The position numbers and the translations under genes are program-made. From positions 124,001 through 188,000 of the forward strand of contig BAAIJX010000006.1 in NCBI GenBank assembly GCA_054600435.1: 64,000 nt of DNA. The letters run 5' to 3'. Position 1 is the first letter of the stretch. Each line of letters opens with the position of its first letter. The notes beneath the pieces are model-generated. The model saw nothing but the letters and a program-made list of their open reading frames with translations, was not told where the DNA came from and did not search any database. Below are positions 22,417 to 34,500 of the stretch, piece after piece. The stretch is from Neophaeotheca triangularis (Eukaryota).

Positions 22417-24470
22417 ATGAGTGCAATAGACCCAGGCATCGACAGCACGATAGAAGCCAACGCGGAACGAGTCGAAAGCAGCACCGACCATAATCAAAGC
22501 GCCTTCGACCAAGGCGACCTGCACTGCTCCTCGCGCTGGTGGTTCGCGAGCACAATCTGTCCGCTACTAGCAGCGACTTTCGGCCCCCTTGCCAGCGCTT
22601 TCAGCATCTGCGCTCTCGTTTTCAGCTGGAGAGTCTACATCCCGCCTATCGACGGTAGCGCCGACCATGGGATCCCCCTGACTGACCCTCCATGGCTGCT
22701 CGCTATCAATGCAATATCGCTCGTCTCAGCTCTCGTCGCAAACGCCAGCTTGTTACTCAACATGACGCGACGCCTACACTTCAGCATCGCGCAGCCGATC
22801 ACCATAGTAGGATTTTTCGTCTCCGGCGTGCTGCTTGTGGCCGATATGGCGGCTTTGGCGGCTATGCCTGCTTATGGGCTCACTTCTTCAAACGTGCCTA
22901 ATCACCCGGATGCTCGGTTGCCCGGACGGCACGCTTTGACTGAGGCTTTCTATTATGCGATTTTTGCGGCGGCGATGTATGTGATTATAGGCTTGCTCAT
23001 GTGTCTTACCGTCTATGGCGCGAGGGCCGGCCATTACGATAAGCATTTCCGCCTCACGCCGAGTCAGCGGACTTTGATGCTGCAGACGATGAGCTTTATC
23101 GCCTATCTCCTTCTTAGCGCTTGGGTTTTCAGCACGGTCGAGGACTGGACTTTCCTGGATGCCGTCTACTGGGCCGATGTGACGCTGCTGACCATTGGCT
23201 TCGGCGACATGTCGCCCTCAACCCGCCTAGGACGGGGCCTCCTTTTCCCCTTCGCAATCGGCGGCATCCTCATGATCGGCTTGGTGATCGGCAGCATCCG
23301 CTCGCTGATCCTCGAGCGCGGCAAGGAGAAGCTCGAAGCGAGAATAGTCGAGAAGAAGCGCGCCTACCTGGTCAACAATTTCAGCCCAACCCACCAAGCC
23401 ATCCGCATCGGCTACTTCACCAAAGCCACCTTCGCCCCAGACCCGGCGCTCTCAACCGCTCAGCGCCGAGAAGCCGAATTCTACCTCATGCGCAAAGTGC
23501 AGTCCTCCTCTGAGCGCGAACGTCGCTGGACAGCGCTAGCCATCTCCCTCGCCTCAGCCCTAACCCTCTGGTTCGCAGGCGCGGCAGTCTTCCAGCAATG
23601 CGAGCGAGCACAGCAATGGACCTATTTCCAAAGCCTCTACATATCCTACACCGCGCTCTTGACCATCGGCTACGGCGATTCAGCCCCACGAGCAACAGCG
23701 GGAGGAGCTTCTTCGTTTTCTGGAGTCTGCTCGCCGTGCCCAGTCTGACGATCCTCATTAGCAACATGGGCGATACGATCGTGCGCGCTTTCACGCAAGC
23801 CACGGATTGGCTGGGCTCGTTGACGGTGCTGCCCGGCGAGCGTAGCGGCAGCGCACGCGCGAGCCTGAAGCAGCTCTCACGCCATTTCAGTCCTCGCAAC
23901 TTCTGGCACGTGACTCCTTCCAGCTCTTCGTCCAAAGAGCGCATCCAGCCCGTCCACCACGATCCCGCTCACCGCTTCCGCGACTACTTCACCAATCGCC
24001 TCCGCTCGCACGTCTCGCAAACTGAACTGCAAGGGTTTCTGCAACCGCGAGCGCCCAGCGACGACCTAGAGCGCGACTTCCACTTCTACCATCACGTGCT
24101 CGCGCGCGAGATCCGCAGCGTCCAGCGCGGCCTGGGCGGCAGTCCGGAGACAGTGTACAGTTGGGAGGAATGGGAGTATTTCCTGCGGCTTGTGGGGAAT
24201 GAGGGGTGGGAGGAGAAGGTCTTGGGTGAGCCAAAGGGGGCTGTTGAGGATTCTTTGCTGGCGAAGGGCCCTTTTGCTGGCCAGTGGAGTTGGTTGGGTG
24301 AGCGCAGTCCGTTGATGTGTGAGGGCGAGGAGAGCGAATGGGTGCTGGAGGCTTTGAGTAGGGCTCTTGAGAGGGGGTTGGGCAGGCGGATGGAGGGGGA
24401 GTGGAGGCGGCCGCCTGTGGGGTTTGCGGATTCCAGTGTGGGTGGGCTGGGGGAGGGGAGGGAGGGGTGA
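22417..24470 (+). CDS. TOK1: Two-pore outward-rectifier K+ channel (TOK1-like), interrupted by a 1-nt frameshift at ~23680
   Basis: Multiple TM segments and pore motifs TIGFGD and TIGYGD. The downstream half (FSPTSNSGRSFFVFWSLLAVP...WEEWEYFLRL...WSWLGERSPLM) lies in another frame with no intron between. Confidence 0.8.
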
Positions 24471-25843
24471 GGGCTGGGTTTGGTGGTGTTTCGACTTTTT
24501 TATTTTTTGGAGTGGTAGTTTGCTGGGTTGATGTGATCCTGTGATGCTCTTACCGTGCAGTCTGTGCTAGATCGAATCAACGCTGGCTGGTCCATGATGC
24601 TCAGTGTGGTCTTGCGGGCGGCTTGGTGCAAGTCTGTCTAGGAAGAATGTGGGAAGCTGGATTGAGCCCGAGGGAGTGATTTTGTTTTTGCACTTCTCCG
24701 TCAGAAAGTTCGGAAGGACGAGAGGAGTACATTTTTCGGTGTCGATGCCGAAGTACAGTCAGTACGTAAATTAGAGATGGCTCAACGACTCCGCCGTTGC
24801 TGATATAGACGAGATGAGTAGGGTTGGCAGGCTATGTACTTGCTTGCGTTGGCTCACGGCCTGACTGCTGCAAGCAGTCGAGCAAAGTCCTCCTCGCGTG
24901 GCTACTGTAGTAACACCACCGTTCGTCTGAGGGGGGGCTACAAATCATCAATCGCACTGGGAGCCTGCCCGCCGGTTGTTCCTAGCGACCTGGGGAGTGG
25001 TGAGAATCTGGTCTATGACGAAGTGAGCCTTCTTCCTGGGTAGATACGGGTCCAAGTAGCCGGAAAGCCGTGAGGAGCAGGTGGTAGGTGAGGCTCACGA
25101 GTCACCGGTCTTTGGGTCATCCCCTTGGCGAGATTTGCACGGGTTGTTGGTTTGACTCTAGGGTTCAGTACCAGAGTGCTCCCTGTGCACCAGCACTCTG
25201 ACTCCTGAGTCTGAACTCGACCACGGATCGACGGCGTTTGGAGTGTCTTTCCTCGATTTTAGGGGCAACCACCCACCAAGCACATCTCAGCCCGTGTCAA
25301 CCACGCGAGACTCATCGGGTACCGGCACACGGCCCAAGGTGAAGACAACCATACTACCCACCATACTATCGATACTATTGATTGATTCACTCAGAACATG
25401 CTTAATTGGTCATTGCTCATTGCTCCCACCGACTCCCCCATTTTCAAGCGAAGAAAGCTCATCTCCCATGGAAGCTTAGGAATATTCAGATTCAGGGGCA
25501 CGGCTTCCGGATCCGGCAAGCGTTGCGGCTCAATCTGGCTTAGCGCGGCTCCTTCACGCCGACTTCCTCGGCGCAGGGGCTCGCTTGCGATCAACGAACA
25601 TCACCTCTCCTCTTGGATCAGATTCGCACGTTGGCGCTGCTTTATTATTAACAAACAAACTGCGAATCTACGAGACGTCGAGACTCGAGACCTTGGTGGA
25701 GCTGTCAAGCTGATTGCTGCGAAGGATCTCCAATCTTCCACTAGCCTGCAACGACAAGCCACAATATCACCGTCGGAGCTTCAAGGAATCAAGGACCCCC
25801 CGCTCACCGAGATGAAGGCTCCTTCGCCGTTGCTATAGTTGTA

Positions 25844-25864
25844 GTGGTGGTGGTGGTGGTGGTG
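25844..25864. repeat. (GTG)7 microsatellite
   Basis: gtggtggtggtggtggtggtg upstream of the chitinase gene. Confidence 0.85.
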
Positions 25865-26226
25865 ATGTCTATGCCGCGCCTAATAATACTATGTCGGCAT
25901 GGCGCTGCTATCTACTGTGCGCTAGAGCCTGGAGACGACCAAAAGTGATTCGGAAAGGTAGGCTCGCTGGGTGCAGATTGGGCCCTTGTTTTTAGTATTC
26001 CTACTCCCCTCTCTTGACTCTCTTTTCTTCTTCTCTTTACGGAGTCTCGCAACCTACTCACTCCTCTACGTCCCTCTACGCCTTGCTAATTCCATTGCAA
26101 ACACTCGTTTGCGTCCCTTCCTTGACCTTCCCCGGTCGTCACGCTCTTTTTTGGCCAAGGCCGTACACTCTTTTCAAAGCCGTAATTGCCCCACCTAGTC
26201 TCATAATTTATCGTAATTTATTCAGC

Positions 26227-29200
26227 ATGCGCTCTTCCACCTTCACGGCCACTGTGGCCGCATTGGCTACGACTGGCGTTTCTGCCGCCTTCAACGCAAA
26301 CGCAAAGGACAATGTGGTTGTTTACTGGGGCCAGGGACCGAACCAGGACAGATTGGTGGAGACTTGCAAGGACCCTTCAGTCGACTTGGTCGTGGTTGGC
26401 TTCGTAAACGTCTTCCCGGACCAGCCTGGTTCCGGTGGATACCCGGGCACAAACTTTGGCAACGCTTGTGGCGACGAGACGTACACGAACAACGGCGTTA
26501 GCACCAAGTTGCAGCGTAACTGCCCCTTCGTTGGAGAGGACATCAAGACTTGCCAGGACACCTACGGCAAGAAGGTCTTGTTGTCGCTCGGTGGTGGCTA
26601 CCCTACCAACTACTACATCAGGAATCCCAGCACGGCGGAGAGCTTCGCTAACTTTCTATGGGGTGCCTACGGTCCTCAGACTGCCGCTTGGACAAACGCT
26701 GGCAGACCCCGTCCTTTCGGCAACGCAGTGGTCGATGGCTTCGATTTCGACATTGAGAGCGAGATGAACCCTGCACCAGCCGGTGTCCCAAACTACAAGG
26801 ACAGCGGGTACGCGGTGATGATCCAAACCTTTCGCCAGAAGAAGTTCGTCCTCGACACGACTAAGAATTACTACATCTCTGGCGCACCCCAATGTATCGT
26901 CCCAGATGCCCACCTCTCCTTCCCAATCGCCAACTCCTGGTTCGACTTCCTCTTCGTCCAATTTTACAACACCCCGCAATGCTCCGCCCGCCGTGGAGTG
27001 CAGTACCAAAACGGCCAAAGCAACACCGATATCACCTTCGATGCCTGGTCCAACGTGCGCTCCGTCAACCCCAACGTCAAGATCTACCTCGGTCTCCCAG
27101 CGGACACCCCAGCAGCCGCCGACCCATCCTTCTACCTCGGCCCAACCGAAGAGCAGGCCCTGATCAAGCGCCTTTCATCCAATGCCAAGTTCGGAGGCGT
27201 CATGCTGTGGGAAGCCACCTACGGCGACCGCAAAATCATCTGCGACAAAAGCTACATCACCTGGACCAAGGAAATTGTAACTGCCGCCATCTCAGGCAGG
27301 AGCCTCAACGTCCCCCGCAACGGCATCTGCCCTCCCAAGACCACCACGACTTCCGCAACCGTCGCCCCGAAACCCACTCTCGCCATCTCTCCGAATGGTG
27401 TTTGTGGCGGCGACTCAGGCTACACCTGCAAGGGAAGCGCCTTCGGCCAATGCTGCAGCATCTACGGCTTCTGCGGCTCGACAGCCGAATACTGCGCGAC
27501 CAACAACTGCGACAAGATCGCCGGGCTTTGCGGTCTATCTGCAACTTCCATCCGCGATGTCCCTGTAGAGATCGAATCTGCTTCTTCTTCTTCATCTTCT
27601 GAGGTCGAAAGCGTTACTTCAACCACGAGCGAGGTGGAGAGCAGCAGCGCTATCATTCGAACTTCCACCGAAGAGCCGATTGTTTCAAGCTCCACGGATT
27701 CTGCCACGTCAATAATGACCGAGGATACGAGCAGCAGCTCTGCTATCCCCACTTCGACTGAAGAGCCCATCATTTCCAGCTCCACCGCTGATATCCCTCT
27801 CACAACTGCATCCACGAGCTCCTCTTTCGTAGTGTCTTCCAGCGAGGATATTGAAATTCCCGAGACTACCTCCAGCGCCGTCGTCGTGGTCCCGGTTCAG
27901 TCTTCCACCTCTGTGGTCATGGAGAGTTCGAGCGTGGCTGTGCCGATCTTGGAGACTTCTTCTAGCACGGTTGTTTCCTCCTCGGTGGTGGCTACTAGCT
28001 CTGCTCTTGTTGTCTCTGAGAGCGGGACTGCGCCTGTTCAGGAGTCGACTTCGAGCGCGGTTGTTGAGATTCCGGTCGCTTCCACAAGCTCTGCTCCCGT
28101 TCTGTCCAAGACCGCCGTATACCCCGTGGACGCAAGCACCTCGAGCATGGTTTCTGCGGCTCCAGTAGAATCTGCCAGCGAATCTTCAATGATCGAGTCT
28201 CCCATCTCCTTGAGCAGCACATCGGCTGAAATTATCATCTCTGCGACCGAGTCATCCGTTGCCGCTACCTCCGCATCCGTTCCCCTCACCTCTGCCTCCA
28301 GCGTGCCACTCTCCACCGGCGTCTCCTCCGGCATCAACACCGCCTCTGCATCTATGTCTTCCGTCCCTCACGGCAACTCGACCTCGACTTCTTGCACTAC
28401 CACCATTACACTGCCCCGCAAGTCCTCCAGCAGCAGCGCAGAGAAGACTGACCCCGCCAGTGTCTCTGCACCCTACGAGACCTCGAGCTCAGCGCCATCA
28501 ATCTCGGAAACGGCTGTCCCTTACTACAGCATGTCCAGGTTCACGGATGGTCCTTTCCCGACTACTTCGGGGCCCATTGAAGAGGTTGCCTCTTCCACCG
28601 CTCCAGTCGAGCCTTCTATCTACCCAGTGACCACTCAAATGACTACTTCGACCAATGGGATGGCCAAGCCGAGTGACATTCCCGCCTTCAGCAGCTCTGT
28701 GTCGGCTCCTATCGAGCAGGGCACCACTTCCACCGAGATGACTACCTCGACTGTCTACACCACTTCTCTTGAGACTATCACCAGCTGTGCCGCGTATGTC
28801 ACGGACTGCCGTTCTCGCCCGGACGCTCAGACTACTCAGACTGTCACTCACGAGATTCCGCTGTACACTACTGTCTGCCCTGTTTCTGAGGCTACGCCTG
28901 TTGGTCCGTCGGCTACTTCGATGGAAGAGGTGCCTCAGGAAACTGCTTACCTTGTTGGAAGCAGCTCTGAGGCTGCCCCTGTGTATGATGTTTCGAGCAC
29001 ATCGGTACAAATGACCACATCCACGGTGTTCTCCACTTCTGTCGAGACAATCACTCACTGTGCGCCGCAAGTCACAGACTGCCCTTCGCGTCCAGAGGCT
29101 CAGACGACCGATACTGTTACGCACGTTATCCCGGTGTACACCACAGTCTGCCCTGTCTCTGAGGCGACTCCCACGGTCCCTTCGTCCACGATCTTCACCC

Positions 29201-30327
29201 CTTCGTTCAGCGGAATTGTCGTCCAGCCTTCGTTCACTAAGGAGATCGTCGCCCCTTCGTCTGCAATGACCTCGGCGCCTCCAGTCTACGAGACCAAAAC
29301 CTCGACCTACTACACCGACAGGGTTGTCACTAGCTCCGGTTGCCCTCCAAGCATACCGCACTGCTACCCTGAAGCCGAAATCACCCGCAAAATCACTTCA
29401 ACGTCCGTGCTCGAGTCTACCATCTACGTGACGGCAGTGAAGCCTTCCTCAAGCGAAATCCACCCCGTCGGCAGCGGGTCAAGCGCTCCTGTAATCTACA
29501 CCAAACCCTCTACTCCGACGCCCTCGCAAGACACTCCTGTCGAGCACAAGTCGTCGGTCGTGCCGTCCGCGCCAGTGCCTTACACCATGGTCGACGAAGA
29601 GACGGTTCCCACAACCCCTGCAGCCTACCCTTCTTCCAACCTCGAAGACAAGGCCTACACTACCGTCACGACCTCTAACGAGAGCGGCAAGCAAATGACA
29701 TACACCACCCTCCGCTCCACATCAACCCTCGAGAACACACTCATCGTAACAACGACACTCCCAGCGGAAGACAACGTCCCAGCCACAACAGCGACCTACA
29801 CTTCCACCGCCCCAGAGGGCATGGCTTACACGACCGTCACCACCGCCGACGAGAGTGGCAAGCAAACGACCTACACCACAGTCCGCTCCACCTCAATCAA
29901 CTACAACACAGTCAAAGTCACCGCCACAGCGCCAGCGGAAACCAAGCCCGCCGAAGACACCCCCGCCACCTACCCAACCGACAAAACCCCGGCCCCAAAC
30001 CCCGATGACACGATCCCCGACGCCTACGTCGCCGCCCCCTCCTCCTCCTCCTCTCCCCCCGCCAAAATCAGCACCATGTACGTCGTCCCCATCGGCCCGT
30101 CCACCTCCCCCAAACTCAACAACGCCCCCTACCCCACCGCCGACGAGGGCAAACCCAAGGGCCTGGCGAAACCGAGCGGTACGGGCGTAGCGGCGCCCTC
30201 GGCTTCCAACGGCTACGAAAGTCCCGTGGCGGCTTTTGAGGGTTCCGCTGCGGGGGCCAAGGTCGCGGGATTGAGGCTCGCTTTGACAGTGCTTGGGGCT
30301 GGGGTTGTTGGGATGGTGTTGGTTTGA
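26227..30327 (+). CDS. GH18 class III (subgroup B) chitinase with hevein-type chitin-binding domain, Ser/Thr-rich stalk and probable GPI signal, ~1366 aa
   Basis: Signal peptide MRSSTFTATVAALATTGVSA; VVVYWGQ, KVLLSLGG, catalytic DGFDFDIE, GAPQC, VQFYN, GGVMLWEA. CBM18-like CGGDSGYTCKGSAFGQCCSIYGFCGSTAEYC. Hydrophobic C-terminus after FEGSA. Confidence 0.93.
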   Translation: MRSSTFTATVAALATTGVSAAFNANAKDNVVVYWGQGPNQDRLVETCKDPSVDLVVVGFVNVFPDQPGSGGYPGTNFGNACGDETYTNNGVSTKLQRNCPFVGEDIKTCQDTYGKKVLLSLGGGYPTNYYIRNPSTAESFANFLWGAYGPQTAAWTNAGRPRPFGNAVVDGFDFDIESEMNPAPAGVPNYKDSGYAVMIQTFRQKKFVLDTTKNYYISGAPQCIVPDAHLSFPIANSWFDFLFVQFYNTPQCSARRGVQYQNGQSNTDITFDAWSNVRSVNPNVKIYLGLPADTPAAADPSFYLGPTEEQALIKRLSSNAKFGGVMLWEATYGDRKIICDKSYITWTKEIVTAAISGRSLNVPRNGICPPKTTTTSATVAPKPTLAISPNGVCGGDSGYTCKGSAFGQCCSIYGFCGSTAEYCATNNCDKIAGLCGLSATSIRDVPVEIESASSSSSSEVESVTSTTSEVESSSAIIRTSTEEPIVSSSTDSATSIMTEDTSSSSAIPTSTEEPIISSSTADIPLTTASTSSSFVVSSSEDIEIPETTSSAVVVVPVQSSTSVVMESSSVAVPILETSSSTVVSSSVVATSSALVVSESGTAPVQESTSSAVVEIPVASTSSAPVLSKTAVYPVDASTSSMVSAAPVESASESSMIESPISLSSTSAEIIISATESSVAATSASVPLTSASSVPLSTGVSSGINTASASMSSVPHGNSTSTSCTTTITLPRKSSSSSAEKTDPASVSAPYETSSSAPSISETAVPYYSMSRFTDGPFPTTSGPIEEVASSTAPVEPSIYPVTTQMTTSTNGMAKPSDIPAFSSSVSAPIEQGTTSTEMTTSTVYTTSLETITSCAAYVTDCRSRPDAQTTQTVTHEIPLYTTVCPVSEATPVGPSATSMEEVPQETAYLVGSSSEAAPVYDVSSTSVQMTTSTVFSTSVETITHCAPQVTDCPSRPEAQTTDTVTHVIPVYTTVCPVSEATPTVPSSTIFTPSFSGIVVQPSFTKEIVAPSSAMTSAPPVYETKTSTYYTDRVVTSSGCPPSIPHCYPEAEITRKITSTSVLESTIYVTAVKPSSSEIHPVGSGSSAPVIYTKPSTPTPSQDTPVEHKSSVVPSAPVPYTMVDEETVPTTPAAYPSSNLEDKAYTTVTTSNESGKQMTYTTLRSTSTLENTLIVTTTLPAEDNVPATTATYTSTAPEGMAYTTVTTADESGKQTTYTTVRSTSINYNTVKVTATAPAETKPAEDTPATYPTDKTPAPNPDDTIPDAYVAAPSSSSSPPAKISTMYVVPIGPSTSPKLNNAPYPTADEGKPKGLAKPSGTGVAAPSASNGYESPVAAFEGSAAGAKVAGLRLALTVLGAGVVGMVLV
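28738..29172 (+). repeat. Two Cys-containing intragenic repeats in the chitinase stalk (273-nt spacing)
   Basis: MTTSTVYTTSLETITSCAAYVTDCRSRPDAQTTQTVTHEIPLYTTVCPVSEATP vs MTTSTVFSTSVETITHCAPQVTDCPSRPEAQTTDTVTHVIPVYTTVCPVSEATP. Confidence 0.85.
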
Positions 30328-31531
30328 GGATGATAGGAGTGGGGTGAGGGAGGATTGAGTGAGAAGGAGAAGGGGGCACAGATGGTTTGGGGTTGGGGGG
30401 GAATTTTTATTTTTATTTTTATTTTGATGAAATGGCTCTTTTCTCTTTTTCCTGTTCCCCCACTGTTTCTTGTGTATGTATGTACCTATCGACTGCAGCT
30501 TCTTTCGCAATATAAAATCTTGGCTTACGTGAAAGGGGTAGCAGACAAGCAGTCAGTCTTCCTTCCTTGCCGCAATACATGTCCTTTTCTCCGCGCGACA
30601 CAGCTCGACTCCACAGCCGATTCAACCAATATTTGTATTGATCGATGTGGTGTGAAACAAACAGCAAAAGATATGTAGCCGCATCCGGGGGGTGGGGGGA
30701 GAAGTTGGTAAAAAAAAACCCCGCCGTCTATCTGCAGTAGCTCGGTAGATAATCATCTAATACATAAGCAGTGAGACTGCAACAAAAAGCAGAAGCCGAC
30801 CCTATACAGTAGATGACATGGTACAGACGAACTCGACGAACCGCACCCACCAACCCACCCACCTACTAACTACTAGGAGGTAGTAGGAAAACAACATACC
30901 GGTAGCGCCAAGTCTCCGATCTCAACGAAACAGCCCTCTTGCAACCCGATCCGCCCAGCTGCCACCCTTGCAAAGCACCCAAAAACATGACAATAGAACA
31001 GTGAATTCGGCTCCTCGAAAACTCTAGCCGATCGATTTCATGGCCGAAAATGCACACGATAGCGGGAGCACCACAACAGGCCGCAAGAGAAGCAAAGAAA
31101 CACCGTTCAAAGATGAAGATTTTTTTTTTCGTTCTTCGCATTAGTTACGACTACCCACCATGCCAAAATGGTGGTGATGGTGGTTACGTAAGACGGCAGT
31201 TAGGTATGCAACCGCCCTCTAACCGTAGTCGTGAGAGTAAAATACACAACCACGCTACGCCTTGTCGGCCCTCGGGGGTAAAATGGAAAGAAGCCCCCAG
31301 CCCCGTTTGTTTCCCCCCAAACGCCGCTCAGGTCATCAAGCACCTCCGACTGTCTTGACAACGGTAAATGCCATACGCGGCAACGACCCTTAACAAGAAA
31401 GGACAACAAGGAGAAGAAGAGAAAAAGGGGAAGAAGAGAATCACAAACTCCACGCTAAGCCCCAGGAGCAACAATCGCCACGGATTTCCACCCTTCACCC
31501 AATTTCCATCCTTCACCGAAGCGAGCTCCGA

Positions 31532-34500
31532 TCACGCCCCCCACTCCTCCACAACCCCCCTCCTTCCCTCAGCCTTCTCTGCCACCTCGCAGCGAAACAG
31601 ATTCACATGTCCATCATTAACCGCACCCGTGGCAAGCATGAGGCGATGCGGATGGAAAGCCGTAGCCGTAATAGGCGCTGCGCGACTGCTGCCCTGCGCC
31701 AAGCGCAGATAACTCATATAAGGCTCCGCAACACTGAGGGGTTTGAGGTCTGTAGTGTTGTAAACGCGGATGGTGTGGTCGGAGCCACCGGTGGCGAAAA
31801 CGGGAGCGTGTTCGTGCACGGAAAGGGAGCGGAGGACGCGGGGGTTGCGGGGGTGGGAGGGCAGAGTGGCGACGGGTTGGGTCGCTTGCCGTAAATCCCA
31901 GAGGCGGACGCCACCGTTGGATTCGGCCGACACGAGTTCGCGTAGTCCACCGCGTTGGAGGTGCACGCCGACGACCCAGGATTTGTGGCCGGTTTTGCGT
32001 GAGTCCCAGGCTGTGAAGCAGGATTCGCGGGGGGAGACGCGTTGGTCGTAGGCGCGGACGGTGCCGTTGCCGAAGCCGGCAACGAAGACGTGGCCTTCGA
32101 CTTGGTCCGAGGTGAGGGAGGTGATGCAGGAACCGGAGCGAGCCGGGATGTCGGCGATGCAGAGTTCGTGGCCGGCTTGCCAGACGCGGATGACGCGGTC
32201 GTCACCGGCGACGAGGATGCGGCCTTGACCCTGTTGCCAGTCGAAGACGAGGCCGGCGGATTGGTTGTCAGAGGCGACGAGGTCGGAGAGGGCGCGGAAG
32301 GAGGAAGCGAGCTCGATTTTGGAGGGGCTGTCGTAGTTGCGGAAGATCTTGATGACGCCGTCGCTGCTGCCGGTGAGTAGCATGGCCGAGTCGTCTTCAT
32401 TGATGAAGCGGAGTTCGGTTACGCGGCTGCCGAGGGGGTTGCCGTTGGAGAAGCGAGCGAGCTGCGTGGCTTCTTTCCAGTCCCAGACAGCAATGGAGTC
32501 GCGATTGTCGGAGGTGATGAGGTGGTTCTCAAATTGGTGGAAGAGCATTTTCATGGGAGCTGCACCGATGCCAAAGTAGCCACAGGGAACGTCCCAGCGG
32601 TTACGACCGGCGTCCTCTTTGAGGGGTTGGGTTGATGCTATGATGCGGTCGTTGCGATTACGGCGCCAGAGACGCTGATTGTAGTCGAGACTGCCCGGTT
32701 CATCTGCCTCGGAAGGACGCATCTGTGGCTCGCGGAAGTAGGACGCAGACCACTGGAAGAAACTAGACTTTAACGGCAGAGTAGGTGTCTGTGTGAGATC
32801 GCGTGGGACATAGCCCGGAGAGGAGGGCGTTTTTGCAGGAGGTTGATGCGGAGGCCCAGCAACTGTGTCGAGAGCATCTGGTGGCAAAGTCGCTGCATCC
32901 GCAGGCGTAAGTGGACGTGACTTGTATGGCTTCTCATGTTGACTGTGCACGGAGCCACGATGAGCATGCCCACCGCGCGCCGAGGGGCTTGGAGGTGAGG
33001 ACGTCTCGGTGGGAGTGCGTCCCCAACCGAAAACGTTCTTCAGGCCAGCCGCTACGCTCGCGGTGCGGGAGAGAGAGCTGAAATGACCGTCAGCTTTGCT
33101 CGCTGTGCTTGCTGCCGGACTTGGAGGGGTGGAAGGGCGCCCTCCCAGATCCCGGCTCAAGTCTTTGCTGCGTTGTCTGCTGAGAGCATCCATGCCAGCG
33201 ACGTCTCCAGACCTTGCATTCATTTGATTTCGAGCCCCATCTGTGATGATATCGTCGAGCACCTCGTTGGTGGAAGGGCCCAACGGCGATGCGAGGAGCG
33301 AATTCACGACATAGTCGACGATGATGCTAGCGTTTCGTGCGACTTCGGGATGCGGATCGCAAGACATGCTCATGCACTGCCTCCAGATAGCGCGGTAGAT
33401 GGTTTTTTGCGACAGATTTGTCTGGCGGTCATCTGGAGGCTCAGAGGTGGGCGCAGCTGAAAGAGAACGGCGGTGTCCGAGACCGTTTGAAACAGCACTG
33501 TTCGTCCCGTCCAAGATGCCATCCGTATCCTTTTCGTCTTTGCCCTTTCTCTTGTTCTTCTCTTCGTTTAGTTGCTCCCACGCAGCCACTAGGAAACGCG
33601 GCTCGTATTTTTTGACAACCACGCTGTAGAAGACGACCAGCTCTTTGCGCACCATGACACTCCCATCCATGCCCATGGCCACCAAGACGCTGATGACCGT
33701 CTCCTCTTCTAGCACAACGGCGGAAGGGATGGGCTCGCCGGTACCAGTGATAACAAAGCTTGTCAGCGCATCCAAACATGCGGCTCGCACTTCAGGCACA
33801 GGGTCGTGACTGCGGTCGAGTATGCGTGCGTGAGCTTGATGAGCCATGCCTGTAGCCTTTGCCGGTGGATAGTCGCGCCAAAGCTGGCTCAAGCAAAGGC
33901 AGCTGAATTGGCGTAGAAGCGGATTTTCCATGTCGAGCATATGACTGAGCAGTGCTTCGATGATTTCTGGGTTACGAGAGAGAATCTCTTCTTTTCCTGC
34001 TCTGAAATCTTTGCAAAACATGGCTACTACAAACGCGCACATAGCGCGGTGTTCTGCGACATTTCCTGAGCCGGTGTTAGTGGATTTTGGGTGATTGCAA
34101 GTCCCCTTGAGAACCAAGCGCGAAGATCGCGGCCTCGATGGCTCCCATCGTGGTGGGGGGCAGCCTTGAAGGCACTTACCAAGAGGAATGCCCGTCGCAG
34201 AAGTGAGAATGGCAGTGAAGTAATCGCTACCATGATCTTTAAGCAGGTCTGCCTGGCAGGAGGAATCGACAGCAAGGATGCGAGCCCAAATGAACACCAT
34301 TGGTGGTTTGAGCTCTACAGCCTGTGACTGTAATAACTTCAAGACATAGGGGAAGATGCCGATGCCTAACGCGAGGTCGACTGCCCATGGGCCTAGATCG
34401 AGAAACTTGCTAAGCAGTATCAGAGCTCTCAAACGGTGTACCTGGGAGAGGAGTACCTGCAGTACTACAGGTAACTGAGCTGGTGGCTGTATCTTGGCCA

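Noticed and set aside
26014..26226. N-terminal 71 aa of the 1437-aa chitinase ORF
   Set aside because: Starts at a non-ATG codon in a pyrimidine-rich leader; the signal peptide begins at ATG 26227.
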